64,000 nt of DNA from Elusimicrobiota bacterium (GCA_043810025.1 JBDRON010000056.1:19377-83376), one strand, 5' to 3'; counted from the stretch's first letter, positions 26,593-35,236 are shown. The notes: a model not told the origin generated them from the letters alone. Numbers and translations: made by a program.

Positions 26593-27498
26593 ATGAAAAA
26601 TTTTTTTGAGAAAAATAAAATATTCTTGGGTATAATTATAGCCGGTTTGATGATTGCCGCAGCTATTTATTTTGGTTTAAATAAGCCGGCTGATAAAGAA
26701 AAATATTTATCATTATCGTCCTCGCCGTCTCCTGCCCAAAGTTTGGCGCCGGCTGAGGCTCTTGTCACTAAAGTTATCGATGGTGATACGATAATTGTTG
26801 AAGGCGGTTATAATGTCCGGCTTTTGGGTATTGATGCTGATGAGGCGGGTTATCCCTGTTACGAAGCAGCCAAAAAACGCTTAGAAGAATTGATTTTAAA
26901 TAAAACGGTGAGATTGGAAAAAGACCAAACCGATGTTGACCAATATAAAAGATATTTGAGGTATATTTTTCTTGACGACAAAAATATATGTTTAGAGTTG
27001 GTAAAAGAAGGCTTGGCAATTGCCAGATTTTATGAGCCGGATAGAAAATACAAAAACGAGATTGTTTCCGGCGAAAAAGAAGCGATTGAGAAAAAAGTTG
27101 GTTGCAAATGGTCCGCTTCCACCAATGTTTCGGCGGATAAATTATCTTACGAAAAAAACGAATTCTCCTATGAGAAATTAACCACGGGGAAGACCGGTTT
27201 AAAAGTAGTTGGCGCTTACCAATCAGGGAATTATTACGGAAGAGAAGTCATTGTGGAAGGAAAAGTAGTTGGCGCTTATCGCTCAAAAACAAATATAGTT
27301 TTCTTAAATTTTGATAAAACCTATCCCAATCAATATTTTGTCGGAGTTATTTTTAGTTCAGACCAGTATAAGTTTGTTGAGGCGCCGGAAAAATATTATG
27401 CGGGAAAAACCGTTAGAATCAAAGGAAAAATTAAGGAGTATCGCGGCAAACCGGAAATTATTATAAAAGACCCTTCCCAGATTGAGATAGGAAAATAA
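26593..27498 (+). CDS. membrane-anchored thermonuclease (SNase-like) with C-terminal OB-fold domain
   Basis: N-terminal TM; SNase core VIDGDTIIVEGGYNVRLLGIDADE...RYLRYIFLDDKN...; C-terminal OB-fold-like repeat (KVVGAY...KGKIKEYRGKPEIIIKD). Confidence 0.72.
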   Translation: MKNFFEKNKIFLGIIIAGLMIAAAIYFGLNKPADKEKYLSLSSSPSPAQSLAPAEALVTKVIDGDTIIVEGGYNVRLLGIDADEAGYPCYEAAKKRLEELILNKTVRLEKDQTDVDQYKRYLRYIFLDDKNICLELVKEGLAIARFYEPDRKYKNEIVSGEKEAIEKKVGCKWSASTNVSADKLSYEKNEFSYEKLTTGKTGLKVVGAYQSGNYYGREVIVEGKVVGAYRSKTNIVFLNFDKTYPNQYFVGVIFSSDQYKFVEAPEKYYAGKTVRIKGKIKEYRGKPEIIIKDPSQIEIGK

Positions 27499-27735
27499 AC
27501 TCATATATGCAAAGTCAAAATAAAAAAGGGAAAAATCTTTTTACAGTATCAAAAATTAGAGGGTATTGATTGGTTATGAAACTCACTAAAAAAGATTCAG
27601 AGACAATTTGTGATGTTTTTTTGTTTTCTGGTAAATATGATCTTATGGATGGAAATTGATAATGAGTAAAGAGACAATAGAAAAGCTCACAAATACAATT
27701 GCTCAAAATACCGAACCTAAAATTCAGCCGCGTAT

Positions 27736-27764
27736 TGTATATAACTGCGCATAATTAAAGGGAC
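27736..27764. repeat. left arm of a 29-bp perfect inverted repeat (TATATAACTGCGCATAATTAAAGGGACAT)
   Basis: Exact reverse complement found at 27958-27986; the pair flanks a 193-bp segment containing Family A copy A3. Confidence 0.8.
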
Positions 27765-27817
27765 ATCAGCAAAAGTGTCATAGCAACGAAAGCTGGTATC
27801 CAGAAAGTGTGATATAC

Positions 27818-27957
27818 AGAAATTTGAATGTTTGTTTTGCGTATATTCCCCCTTAAAAAAGGGGGACACAGGGGGATTTTGAAAATTAGAAATATTGTCT
27901 AAATCTCCCCTACCCCTCTTTTTAAAAGAGGGGAAAAAATACCACAGAACGAAACTC
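27818..27957 (+). repeat. Family A triple-hairpin element, copy A3 (inside the 29-bp IR pair)
   Basis: GAAATTTGAATGTTTGTTTTGCGTATATT-CCCCCTTAAAAAAGGGGG-ACACAGGGGGATTTTGAAAATTAGAAATATTGTCTAAATCTCCCCTA-CCCCTCTTTTTAAAAGAGGGG-AAAAAATACCACAG. Confidence 0.7.
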
Positions 27958-27986
27958 ATGTCCCTTTAATTATGCGCAGTTATATA
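27958..27986. repeat. right arm of the 29-bp perfect inverted repeat; contains the start codon of the downstream wHTH gene
   Basis: ATGTCCCTTTAATTATGCGCAGTTATATA; ATG 27972 (MRSYIVEK...) lies inside it. Confidence 0.8.
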
Positions 27987-28196
27987 GTCGAAAAAATAGA
28001 GGATAAAAACATAATTGTAGTTGATGTAAATGAATCTATTTATTTAAGAGAACATAAAGAAATAACTAGAAATGAATGTATGGAATTATTGAATTTAACG
28101 AGAGATATTGCAATTAGAGAACTTTTATCGTTGAAGAGAAAGGGAATTATTAAACAAATTGGTAAAGGGAAGAACATTTATTATGTACTTGTCTAA
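27972..28196 (+). CDS. small winged-helix DNA-binding protein (possibly a gene fragment)
   Basis: 74 aa; ...ITRNECMELLNLTRDIAIRELLSLKRKGIIKQIGKGKNIYYVL resembles C-terminal wHTH domains of Fic/AAA-type regulators; the start is embedded in the inverted repeat. Confidence 0.4.
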   Translation: MRSYIVEKIEDKNIIVVDVNESIYLREHKEITRNECMELLNLTRDIAIRELLSLKRKGIIKQIGKGKNIYYVLV

Positions 28197-28256
28197 CGAA
28201 AATGCGACGAATCCGATTCGTCTCAGGCGGATTGATTTTTGGTTTTGCGGAGTGAT

Positions 28257-29237
28257 ATGGCTAAAATAAAAGTTGCGGTTGTTGGGGTGGGGCATTTGGG
28301 GCAGCATCATGCGCGGGTTTATTCCCAGTTGCCGGAAGCGGAATTGGCGGCGGTGGTGGATAACGATTTTTCTGCGGCGCAGAAGTTTGGGAAAAAATTT
28401 GGCTGTGCGGCTTTGGCGGATTACCGGCAAATTTTGGGCAAAGTTGAGGCGGTTTCGCTGGTCGTGCCTACCCCGCTGCATTTTTCCATCGGCAAAGATT
28501 TGCTTTCTGCCGGTCTGCATGTTTTAATCGAAAAACCACTGGCTTCCTCTTTGGAAGAAGCGGAAGAATTAATTGCCTTGGCTCAGCAAAAAAACTCCAT
28601 ACTGCAAGTCGGGCATATCGAACGGTTTAACAGCGGCCTGGTAGAAACGCAAAAGTATATCAGCCGGCCGCGGTTTATTGAAGCTAACCGGCTGGGGCCT
28701 TACGATCCCCGCACCGGTCATATCGGGGTGATCCTGGATTTGATGATTCACGATCTGGACATAGTTTTACAGTTGGTTAATTCCAAGATCGAAACAATCG
28801 AGGCGGATGCGGCGGCGGTTTTTTCCGGCCACGAGGATATCGCCAAAGTGCGTTTAAGGTTTGCCAACGGTTGTATCGCCGATTTATCGGCAAGCCGGAT
28901 TTCTCTGGAAAAATTTCGTAAAATAAGAATTTTTCAGCCGGAGAGTTATATTTCGCTGGATTATATCCGTCAGGAGCTGAAAATTTATCGCAAGAAAGAG
29001 TCGGTGGAGCAGGTTAAATCCCTGATGGACATTGAGGTTATCCGTCCAAAGTTAAAAAGCCAGGAACCTTTGCAGGAAGAGCTGAAACATTTTCTGGAAT
29101 GCGTCCGAACCGGTAAAACCCCGCTGGTCACCGGCGAACACGGCCGCGGCGCCCTGGAGCTGGCTTTGGAAATTTTAAAGAAAACAAAAGTACAAGTAGT
29201 AAATAGTCCACAGTCCACGGTCCACAGTCCACACTAA
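28257..29237 (+). CDS. Gfo/Idh/MocA-family NAD(P)-dependent oxidoreductase (possible UDP-GlcNAc 3-dehydrogenase GnnA-like, lipid A associated)
   Basis: Rossmann N-terminus MAKIKVAVVGVGHLGQHHARVY; immediately upstream of lpxB-msbA; the last 11 codons (NSPQSTVHSPH) are encoded by a GTCCACA heptamer-repeat arm. Confidence 0.75.
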   Translation: MAKIKVAVVGVGHLGQHHARVYSQLPEAELAAVVDNDFSAAQKFGKKFGCAALADYRQILGKVEAVSLVVPTPLHFSIGKDLLSAGLHVLIEKPLASSLEEAEELIALAQQKNSILQVGHIERFNSGLVETQKYISRPRFIEANRLGPYDPRTGHIGVILDLMIHDLDIVLQLVNSKIETIEADAAAVFSGHEDIAKVRLRFANGCIADLSASRISLEKFRKIRIFQPESYISLDYIRQELKIYRKKESVEQVKSLMDIEVIRPKLKSQEPLQEELKHFLECVRTGKTPLVTGEHGRGALELALEILKKTKVQVVNSPQSTVHSPH

Positions 29238-29290
29238 TAACAGCTCCTTTTATTTTTATTCTGTGGTCAGTGGACTGTCGACTGTGGACG
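29217..29290. repeat. heptamer-arm palindrome (GTCCACA x4 ... TGTGGAC x2) at the oxidoreductase 3' end
   Basis: GTCCACAGTCCACGGTCCACAGTCCACAC-TAATAACAGCTCCTTTTATTTTTATTC-TGTGGTCAGTGGACTGTCGACTGTGGAC; same architecture as Family B with a different centre. Confidence 0.65.
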
Positions 29291-29306
29291 AAGTAACTTT
29301 GATATT

Positions 29307-30434
29307 ATGGATAAAAAAATATTTATTTGTGCTGGCGATGTTTCCGGGGACGAGCATGCTGGCCGGCTGGTCGAGGAGTTAAAAAAAATTAATCCCTCTT
29401 TAACCATTTTTTCTTGCGGTGGAGAAAAACTTAAAAGTAAGACTAATTTTATTTGCGATCTGGTTGGGCTGTCGGCGTTTGGTTTCCTGGAACCGCTGCG
29501 GGAAATTTTTACTTTTCGGAACATTTTAAAAAAAATCATTCAACCTTTGTTGGTTGGCAATAAAATTGATTTGGTTGTTCTGGTTGACTATTATGGATTT
29601 AATGTTCATGTGGCCCGTTTAGCCAAAGAGTTAGCTATACCGGTAGTTTATTATATCAGCCCGCAGGTTTGGGCGAGCCGGCCGGGAAGGATAAAAGTTT
29701 TAGCGAAATTGGTTAAAAAAATGCTGGTCATCTTCCCCTTTGAGGAAGAAGTTTATCGAAAGTCCGGGCTGGAGGCGGTTTGGGTGGGACATCCCTTAAT
29801 GGATAAAATACCCGAGCCTAATTTCTCCAGTCAAAATACGGCTAAAGAATGTTTGATCGGCCTTTTTCCAGGCAGTCGGCGAGGAGAGGTTGTCAGTCAT
29901 TTACCGATTATGGAAAAGACTGTTCGGTTAATTATTAAACAGTTTCCGCAAGCGTATTTCGTGATCTTTGCCGCTTCGGCGATGGCTGAGGATTTAATCA
30001 ATAATTATTGGGCCGGGGATGATTTGCCGGTATCGATCGTGCGCGATCATAATTACAGTTTTCGCCGAATGCTTAAATTTGCGATTGTTGTTTCCGGCAC
30101 GGTTACACTGGAAAATGCCTGTTTGGGAATACCGATGCTGGTAATTTACCGGACCAATTGGCCGACTTATTTTTTAGCTAAACAGTTGATTAAAATCCGT
30201 TACATTAGTATAGTTAATCTATTGGCCGGGCGCGAAATTGTCCCGGAGTTCATTCAGCGGAAGGCCGCAGCGGAAAATCTGGCCGCGGCGACGGTTAAGC
30301 TGCTGAAAAACCCTGATGAATTGGAACAATTTCGACAACAATTGCTTGAGATAAGAAAAAAACTCGGCGCGCCGGGAGCGAACCGAAAAGCAGCAGAAAT
30401 TATTCTCGGGTGCTTGGGGGAAGGTGGGGTTTAA
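29307..30434 (+). CDS. lpxB: lipid-A-disaccharide synthase
   Basis: 375 aa starting MDKKIFICAGDVSGDEHAGRLV (GT19 LpxB signature); followed by msbA. Confidence 0.88.
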   Translation: MDKKIFICAGDVSGDEHAGRLVEELKKINPSLTIFSCGGEKLKSKTNFICDLVGLSAFGFLEPLREIFTFRNILKKIIQPLLVGNKIDLVVLVDYYGFNVHVARLAKELAIPVVYYISPQVWASRPGRIKVLAKLVKKMLVIFPFEEEVYRKSGLEAVWVGHPLMDKIPEPNFSSQNTAKECLIGLFPGSRRGEVVSHLPIMEKTVRLIIKQFPQAYFVIFAASAMAEDLINNYWAGDDLPVSIVRDHNYSFRRMLKFAIVVSGTVTLENACLGIPMLVIYRTNWPTYFLAKQLIKIRYISIVNLLAGREIVPEFIQRKAAAENLAAATVKLLKNPDELEQFRQQLLEIRKKLGAPGANRKAAEIILGCLGEGGV

Positions 30435-30437
30435 ACT

Positions 30438-32162
30438 ATGTATTCACGGTTAGCAAAGTATTTTCGGCCTTATTTAGCGCGGTTTTTGCAGGCGGTGGTC
30501 TGTATGCTTTTAGTTGCCGGCTTAACTGCTTTGTCAATGTGGATTTTGCGCGATGTCATCGATAAAATATTTATTGCTAAAAACCAAAAAATGCTGTTCT
30601 GGGTTGCCGGAGCCGTGCCGGCGATTTTTTTATTGAAAGCGATTTTCTCTTATATTCAAACTTATTTGATTGCTTATATCGGCCAGCAGATCATTAAGAC
30701 TCTGCGCAACGAATTATTTAATCATCTCCAGAAACTTTCCCTGGATTTTTACCATCGTAACCCCAGCGGCAAGATTATGGCCCGCCTGACCAACGATGTG
30801 CAAACATTACAGAATGCGATCACCCATGTGCCGTTGTATTTTATTCGTGACGGCTTTACGATAATTTTCCTGGCCGGGTTTCTTTTTTATCTGAATTGGC
30901 AATTTGCTTTGATTACGCCAATCGCGATTCTGGTTGCCGGCTGGCCGATTGTCCTCTTTGGCAAGAAACTGCGCAGTGTTGGCCGGCATGGCCAGCAAAA
31001 AATGAGCGATGTTTACACCTCGCTTCAGGAGAATGTCAGCGGGGTAATGGTGATTAAGGCTTTTAATATGGAGGATTACGAGCGGGAGAAGTTCACCCGG
31101 GAAAACCAGAACTATTTCAATATTGTGATGCGTTCCTTACGGGTGGAGGCGCTTTCCACTCCGGTTATGGAACTTATTGGGGCGGTCTCGATAACGATAA
31201 TTATTTTCTGGGGCGGCTGGGATGTAATTAAAGGGGTATGGACCGCGGGATCTTTTTTTGCTTTTTTGGGAGCTTGCTGGTCCACATATAATCCAATCAA
31301 GAATTTTGCCCAAATGAACAACAATGTCCAACAGGCTTTGTCGGCGGTGGAACGAATTTTTTCCTTGCTCGATGAGAAACCAAAAATCCAGGAAGTTGAC
31401 CATCCGATACAGCTGTGCCCGATCGAGCAGGAGATTCGGTTTCAAGATATCTGGTTTTCTTACTACCCTGGTGAATATATTCTAAAAGACATAAATTTTA
31501 TTATCAATAAAGGCGAGGTTGCGGCGCTAGTCGGCCCTTCCGGCGTAGGGAAAACCACCTTGATTAATTTATTGGCGCGGTTTTACGATCCGGTGCAAGG
31601 AGCAATTTTCATTGACGGTATCGATATCCGGCAAGCCGGCAAGAAATCGTTGTATGAGCAGATTGGGATAGTCACCCAGGAGACGATTCTTTTTAACGAT
31701 ACAATTTACAACAACATCGCCTACGGGCGCTGGGGAGCGTCGGATAAAGAAGTGGAGACCGCCGCTCAAATGGCTAACGCCCATGAATTTATTGGCCGGC
31801 TTCCCCAGGGTTATGGCACTTTTGTCGGTGAGCGGGGGGTGCTGTTGTCCGGCGGTCAAAAACAACGGATCGCCATCGCCCGGGCGATCCTAAAAAAACC
31901 TTCTATTTTAATTCTGGATGAAGCCACCTCCAATCTGGATACCGAATCGGAAAAACTAGTCCAGGAGGCTTTAGAACGGTTAATGGTCCGGCAAACCACT
32001 CTGGTAATTGCCCACCGTCTTTCCACGATCGCCCGCGCCGATAAAATAGTGGTTTTTAACCATGGCCGGATCGCCCAGATCGGCCGCCATCAGGAACTTT
32101 TAAAACAAGAAGGAATATACAAAAAACTTTTTGAACTCCAGTTTTCCAAAACCACAATTTGA
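30438..32162 (+). CDS. msbA: lipid A export ABC transporter permease/ATP-binding protein MsbA
   Basis: 574 aa; six TM + NBD with Walker A GPSGVGKTT, signature LSGGQKQRIAIARA, Walker B ILILDEATS. Confidence 0.85.
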   Translation: MYSRLAKYFRPYLARFLQAVVCMLLVAGLTALSMWILRDVIDKIFIAKNQKMLFWVAGAVPAIFLLKAIFSYIQTYLIAYIGQQIIKTLRNELFNHLQKLSLDFYHRNPSGKIMARLTNDVQTLQNAITHVPLYFIRDGFTIIFLAGFLFYLNWQFALITPIAILVAGWPIVLFGKKLRSVGRHGQQKMSDVYTSLQENVSGVMVIKAFNMEDYEREKFTRENQNYFNIVMRSLRVEALSTPVMELIGAVSITIIIFWGGWDVIKGVWTAGSFFAFLGACWSTYNPIKNFAQMNNNVQQALSAVERIFSLLDEKPKIQEVDHPIQLCPIEQEIRFQDIWFSYYPGEYILKDINFIINKGEVAALVGPSGVGKTTLINLLARFYDPVQGAIFIDGIDIRQAGKKSLYEQIGIVTQETILFNDTIYNNIAYGRWGASDKEVETAAQMANAHEFIGRLPQGYGTFVGERGVLLSGGQKQRIAIARAILKKPSILILDEATSNLDTESEKLVQEALERLMVRQTTLVIAHRLSTIARADKIVVFNHGRIAQIGRHQELLKQEGIYKKLFELQFSKTTI

Positions 32163-32383
32163 ACCGGTAACACCAGACCAGCCTCAACCTCGTCCCGATG
32201 CCCCTCTCCCCAGTAAGGGAAATTTTAAATGGGCTAATAATTTTGTTAATGGGTTAATAAATAGGGTAATATCGAAGTTGCTGCTTACCAAGAAAAAAAT
32301 TACTTTAATTGTCGTTAGTAGGGCAATTACACAACGTTGGTAGCCCAATAAATTGGGCAATTACTCTATTAAGGTAGACCACG

Positions 32384-32947
32384 CTAAATTGACTGATCGG
32401 TTAATTTTGGGATACCGAATTCTTTCTCTTTAATCATTTTTATATTTTTTTGGTTATCCCTGGAAAATATTTCAGTACTGAGCATAGTTAAACTAATTCC
32501 AAACATAATCATAAATACCGTGGCTATGTTAAAAAATTTCGCAGGTTTTGCTGTTATATTTTTCTGAAATTCGTGTTCAGATGTTTTCTGAAAAATCGGC
32601 AGGGTTAAAACATCAAATCCCAGACTTTGCCAATGAGGATAATCAATTTTTGCATATTCCAGATCGTCTTCCGAGCAGACCAGCAGCCCTCCCCGAATTA
32701 AGGACGGAGACAATTCTTCTAGTAATTGGGACACAAGATTCCATGGATTGGTCAGATAGACATAAACATTCTGACAGAATATGATATCCAATCTATTCAT
32801 TCGTTTTTTTTGGTGTTCATTTGTTATATTCAAAAACTCAAAATTTACCATTTTTTTAACTTTATCCTTCACCTGATAATATTCCGTTGCTTGGGGAAAG
32901 GGTAAAAAATATTCATTTACTATACTAGGCGGGTCAAAAAAGACCAT
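32384..32947 (-). CDS. CheR-like SAM-dependent methyltransferase C-terminal fragment with C-terminal TM segment (probably truncated)
   Basis: LDIIFCQNVYVYL and GGLLV motifs typical of CheR/class I MTase post-motif I regions; lacks a GxGxG N-terminus; AT-rich island. Confidence 0.3.
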   Translation of the reverse strand: MVFFDPPSIVNEYFLPFPQATEYYQVKDKVKKMVNFEFLNITNEHQKKRMNRLDIIFCQNVYVYLTNPWNLVSQLLEELSPSLIRGGLLVCSEDDLEYAKIDYPHWQSLGFDVLTLPIFQKTSEHEFQKNITAKPAKFFNIATVFMIMFGISLTMLSTEIFSRDNQKNIKMIKEKEFGIPKLTDQSI

Positions 32948-33598
32948 GAATTAATGAAAATTAGAGCAGCGATCGATTGGAGTTTTGTCGAAACTATGAC
33001 GCGTGAATTGTCTCGTGTTTTAATAGGAGTTTTATTTCATTGTAGATTCTTGTATCTTCTGTTTCGCCTGACAGTTTCATTGCCCAATCGAGTAGATATT
33101 TCTTATCCAGTTTGCCTGAATTTTTAATGGCGATACTTTCTGCATCGGCGATGTCTTTCGGTTTTCCGGGAATTATTTTCAGTAAAATCAAATCTTCAGG
33201 TGTGGGCAGATTTTTCTTTATTGAGAAATGTTACGATTTTTTTAAATACTTCAATTAAATTCATCTCTTTGCCTTTAACAGTAACTCATAACTTAAAGGT
33301 GTGTCTTTAATAAAATCACTTCCATGATGGTCGAAAAAAATCAACAAGGATTTTTGCAACTCTTCCTAGTTATTATACGCAATAGTTCAAGGATAGTAAA
33401 GAAATTTAAATTACAGAAATTTCCAGTTGTCCCTTTAGCAATATTGTATTACATACTTATTGTCGATGATAACTACGGATTGCTTCGTCACTTCGCTTCT
33501 CGCAATGACACTTCTGGCGGCTTTTCGAGCAGGAACTATGTCTGGCCCAGCTTTAAACTTTATAAAGTTTTACCGTATTTGACATTCTTTATAAAGTT

Positions 33599-34543
33599 AT
33601 GTATATTTTAAATATGGATATAAAAGAAAAACTTACTCTGATTAAAAGGTTGTCGAGGAAGACACAGGAAAAGCTGGCGGCTGAACTCGGGGTTTCTTTC
33701 CCGACGCTGAACAGCTGGATTAACGGAAAATCTGTTCCGCGCAAAGATGCGCAACGATTGATTGATGAGTTATACCTGCGTCTGATCGGACAGAATATAA
33801 TTCCTCAAACGCTGATTGAAGCAAAGAAGTTGGGAATATTAAATAAGCGGCTGGAGTATCCGAAAATTTTGCGCTTATTGCAAGACCGAAAAGATCTATA
33901 TGATCAATTTTTGCTTTCGCTAACCTATAATACCAACCGCATTGAGGGGAGCACATTAACCGAACCGGAAACGGCGGCAATCCTTTTCCAAAATGCCGCT
34001 CTGCCGGACAAATCCATTATTGAGCAGATGGAAGTAAAAAATCATCAGGCGGCTTTCCAATACATGATCCGGCATTTGGCTGGAGGGGGGGGAATTTCGG
34101 AAGAATTCATTCTTAGAATGCATGCTATCTTGATGAACGGGATCAGGGAAGACGTCGGACAGTATCGCCGGCACGGGGTGCGAATAGTCGGTTCTAATCT
34201 TCCGACTGCCAATTATCTGAAAGTGCCGGCGTTGATGCAAATCCTGATTGAGGAAATTTTTAAGGGTGAAAAAGATATCATCGGCTTGGTTACCCGTATT
34301 CACAGCCGTTTTGAGCAAATCCATCCTTTTTCCGACGGAAACGGTCGGATAGGCCGCTTACTGTTGACCGCGATGCTTTTAAAAGAAAACCTGCCGCCAG
34401 CGATTATTCCACAAGCGCAAAGACGATACTATATTCTCTACCTGAATCAATCCCAAACCCGGAATGATTATAGCCGTTTGGAAGATTTTATCAGCGATGC
34501 AATTCTGTCCGGCTATGATCTTTTGAACGAAAAATCATTGTAG
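33599..34543 (+). CDS. Fic/DOC-family protein with N-terminal HTH
   Basis: Fic motif HPFSDGNGRIGR; N-terminal HTH-like LSRKTQEKLAAELGVSFPTLNSWINGKSVP. Confidence 0.85.
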   Translation: MYILNMDIKEKLTLIKRLSRKTQEKLAAELGVSFPTLNSWINGKSVPRKDAQRLIDELYLRLIGQNIIPQTLIEAKKLGILNKRLEYPKILRLLQDRKDLYDQFLLSLTYNTNRIEGSTLTEPETAAILFQNAALPDKSIIEQMEVKNHQAAFQYMIRHLAGGGGISEEFILRMHAILMNGIREDVGQYRRHGVRIVGSNLPTANYLKVPALMQILIEEIFKGEKDIIGLVTRIHSRFEQIHPFSDGNGRIGRLLLTAMLLKENLPPAIIPQAQRRYYILYLNQSQTRNDYSRLEDFISDAILSGYDLLNEKSL

Positions 34544-34620
34544 GGGCAGGACAGGCTAAGGTATGAGCGGTAATGTGGATGCCTTTCTAAAGATGTTTTA
34601 GGATGTTTTTTAGTAACTAC

Positions 34621-34872
34621 TCAGGTACATGACCGCTCACAATTAACTGGAAACACAGAAATTTTAATGTTTGTTTTTTTTGTGTTCCCCCTTAATGAAC
34701 TTCTTATTTCCCAGTAGTTTTTTCTGAGGTGTTTCAAGCCTAAGCCTTCCGGCTTTTTTTTAGAGGTAAAAAAATCAATCGCCTGGCAAACTGACTCTTT
34801 GGCTTTCTTTTTACGTAAGTGGTCCAAATTTCGCAGTGATTTATCAAAAGACGGTTTAAATTCAAATCTCAT
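34621..34872 (-). CDS. RelE/ParE-family toxin-like protein, 3' end replaced by a partial Family A repeat (likely inactivated)
   Basis: MRFEFKPSFDKSLRNL...GLGLKHLRKNYWEIR matches RelE/ParE toxin N-terminus and core; the expected C-terminal catalytic region is missing, and the last about 15 codons are encoded by the Family A head sequence (34657-34695). Confidence 0.5.
   Translation of the reverse strand: MRFEFKPSFDKSLRNLDHLRKKKAKESVCQAIDFFTSKKKPEGLGLKHLRKNYWEIRSSLRGNTKKTNIKISVFPVNCERSCT
34657..34695 (+). repeat. partial Family A element (5' head only: AGAAATTTTAATGTTTGTTTTTTTTGTGTTCCCCCTTA), copy A9
   Basis: Matches the head of A3 (GAAATTTGAATGTTTGTTTTGCGTATATTCCCCCTT); embedded in the 3' end of the RelE-like ORF. 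Confidence 0.55.
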
Positions 34873-35129
34873 AGTTTAGCTAAGTATTCCTTCGCTTCTT
34901 TACCGGTTAAACAGGTTTTACCCTTTTGGTCGGCCAATTTTTCAATCTTTGACCACTCATCAGGGCTAAAGATAGATTCAAATTCCCACTCTTCCAAGAA
35001 ATGTTTAATTGCTTTAGAAATTAACCATGATTTGGAGCGTTCTTCTCTTTTGCAGAATTCATTAAATTTAATAAAAATTTCTTTGTCTAATGTTGCCGAA
35101 ATATGCACAGCATTACGCATAAAAACCAC
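34869..35129 (-). CDS. ribbon-helix-helix (CopG/Arc-like) antitoxin-like protein
   Basis: ISATLDKEIFIKFNEFCKREERSKSWLISKAIKHFL is RHH-like; 4-bp overlap with the downstream toxin-like ORF (antitoxin-first operon). Confidence 0.55.
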   Translation of the reverse strand: MVFMRNAVHISATLDKEIFIKFNEFCKREERSKSWLISKAIKHFLEEWEFESIFSPDEWSKIEKLADQKGKTCLTGKEAKEYLAKL

Positions 35130-35200
35130 CTCCTAGTTAGATATTAACATAAGTATTAACAAATATTAAGAAGTTTCTGGTCGTCTATTAAATTTTTTAC

Positions 35201-35229
35201 TTGACATTTGTTGATTGATTTTTTATAAT
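35201..35229 (+). promoter_or_regulatory. consensus sigma70 promoter TTGACA-17 nt-TATAAT driving the cobalamin riboswitch/cob operon
   Basis: TTGACA at 35201-06, exactly 17-nt spacer, TATAAT at 35224-29; a riboswitch follows immediately. Confidence 0.65.
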
Positions 35230-35236
35230 ACGGCTA

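Noticed and set aside
27717-27959. Minus-strand 80-aa ORF spanning Family A copy A3
   Set aside because: It is encoded entirely by the repeat and the inverted-repeat arm, has low-complexity G/R/K-rich composition, and similar ORFs appear over other A copies (for example 14407..14643). It is a spurious repeat-derived ORF.
33324-33611. 95-aa ORF upstream of and overlapping the Fic gene start
   Set aside because: It is a hydrophobic, low-complexity translation of AT-rich DNA overlapping the Fic promoter and 5' region, with no support.
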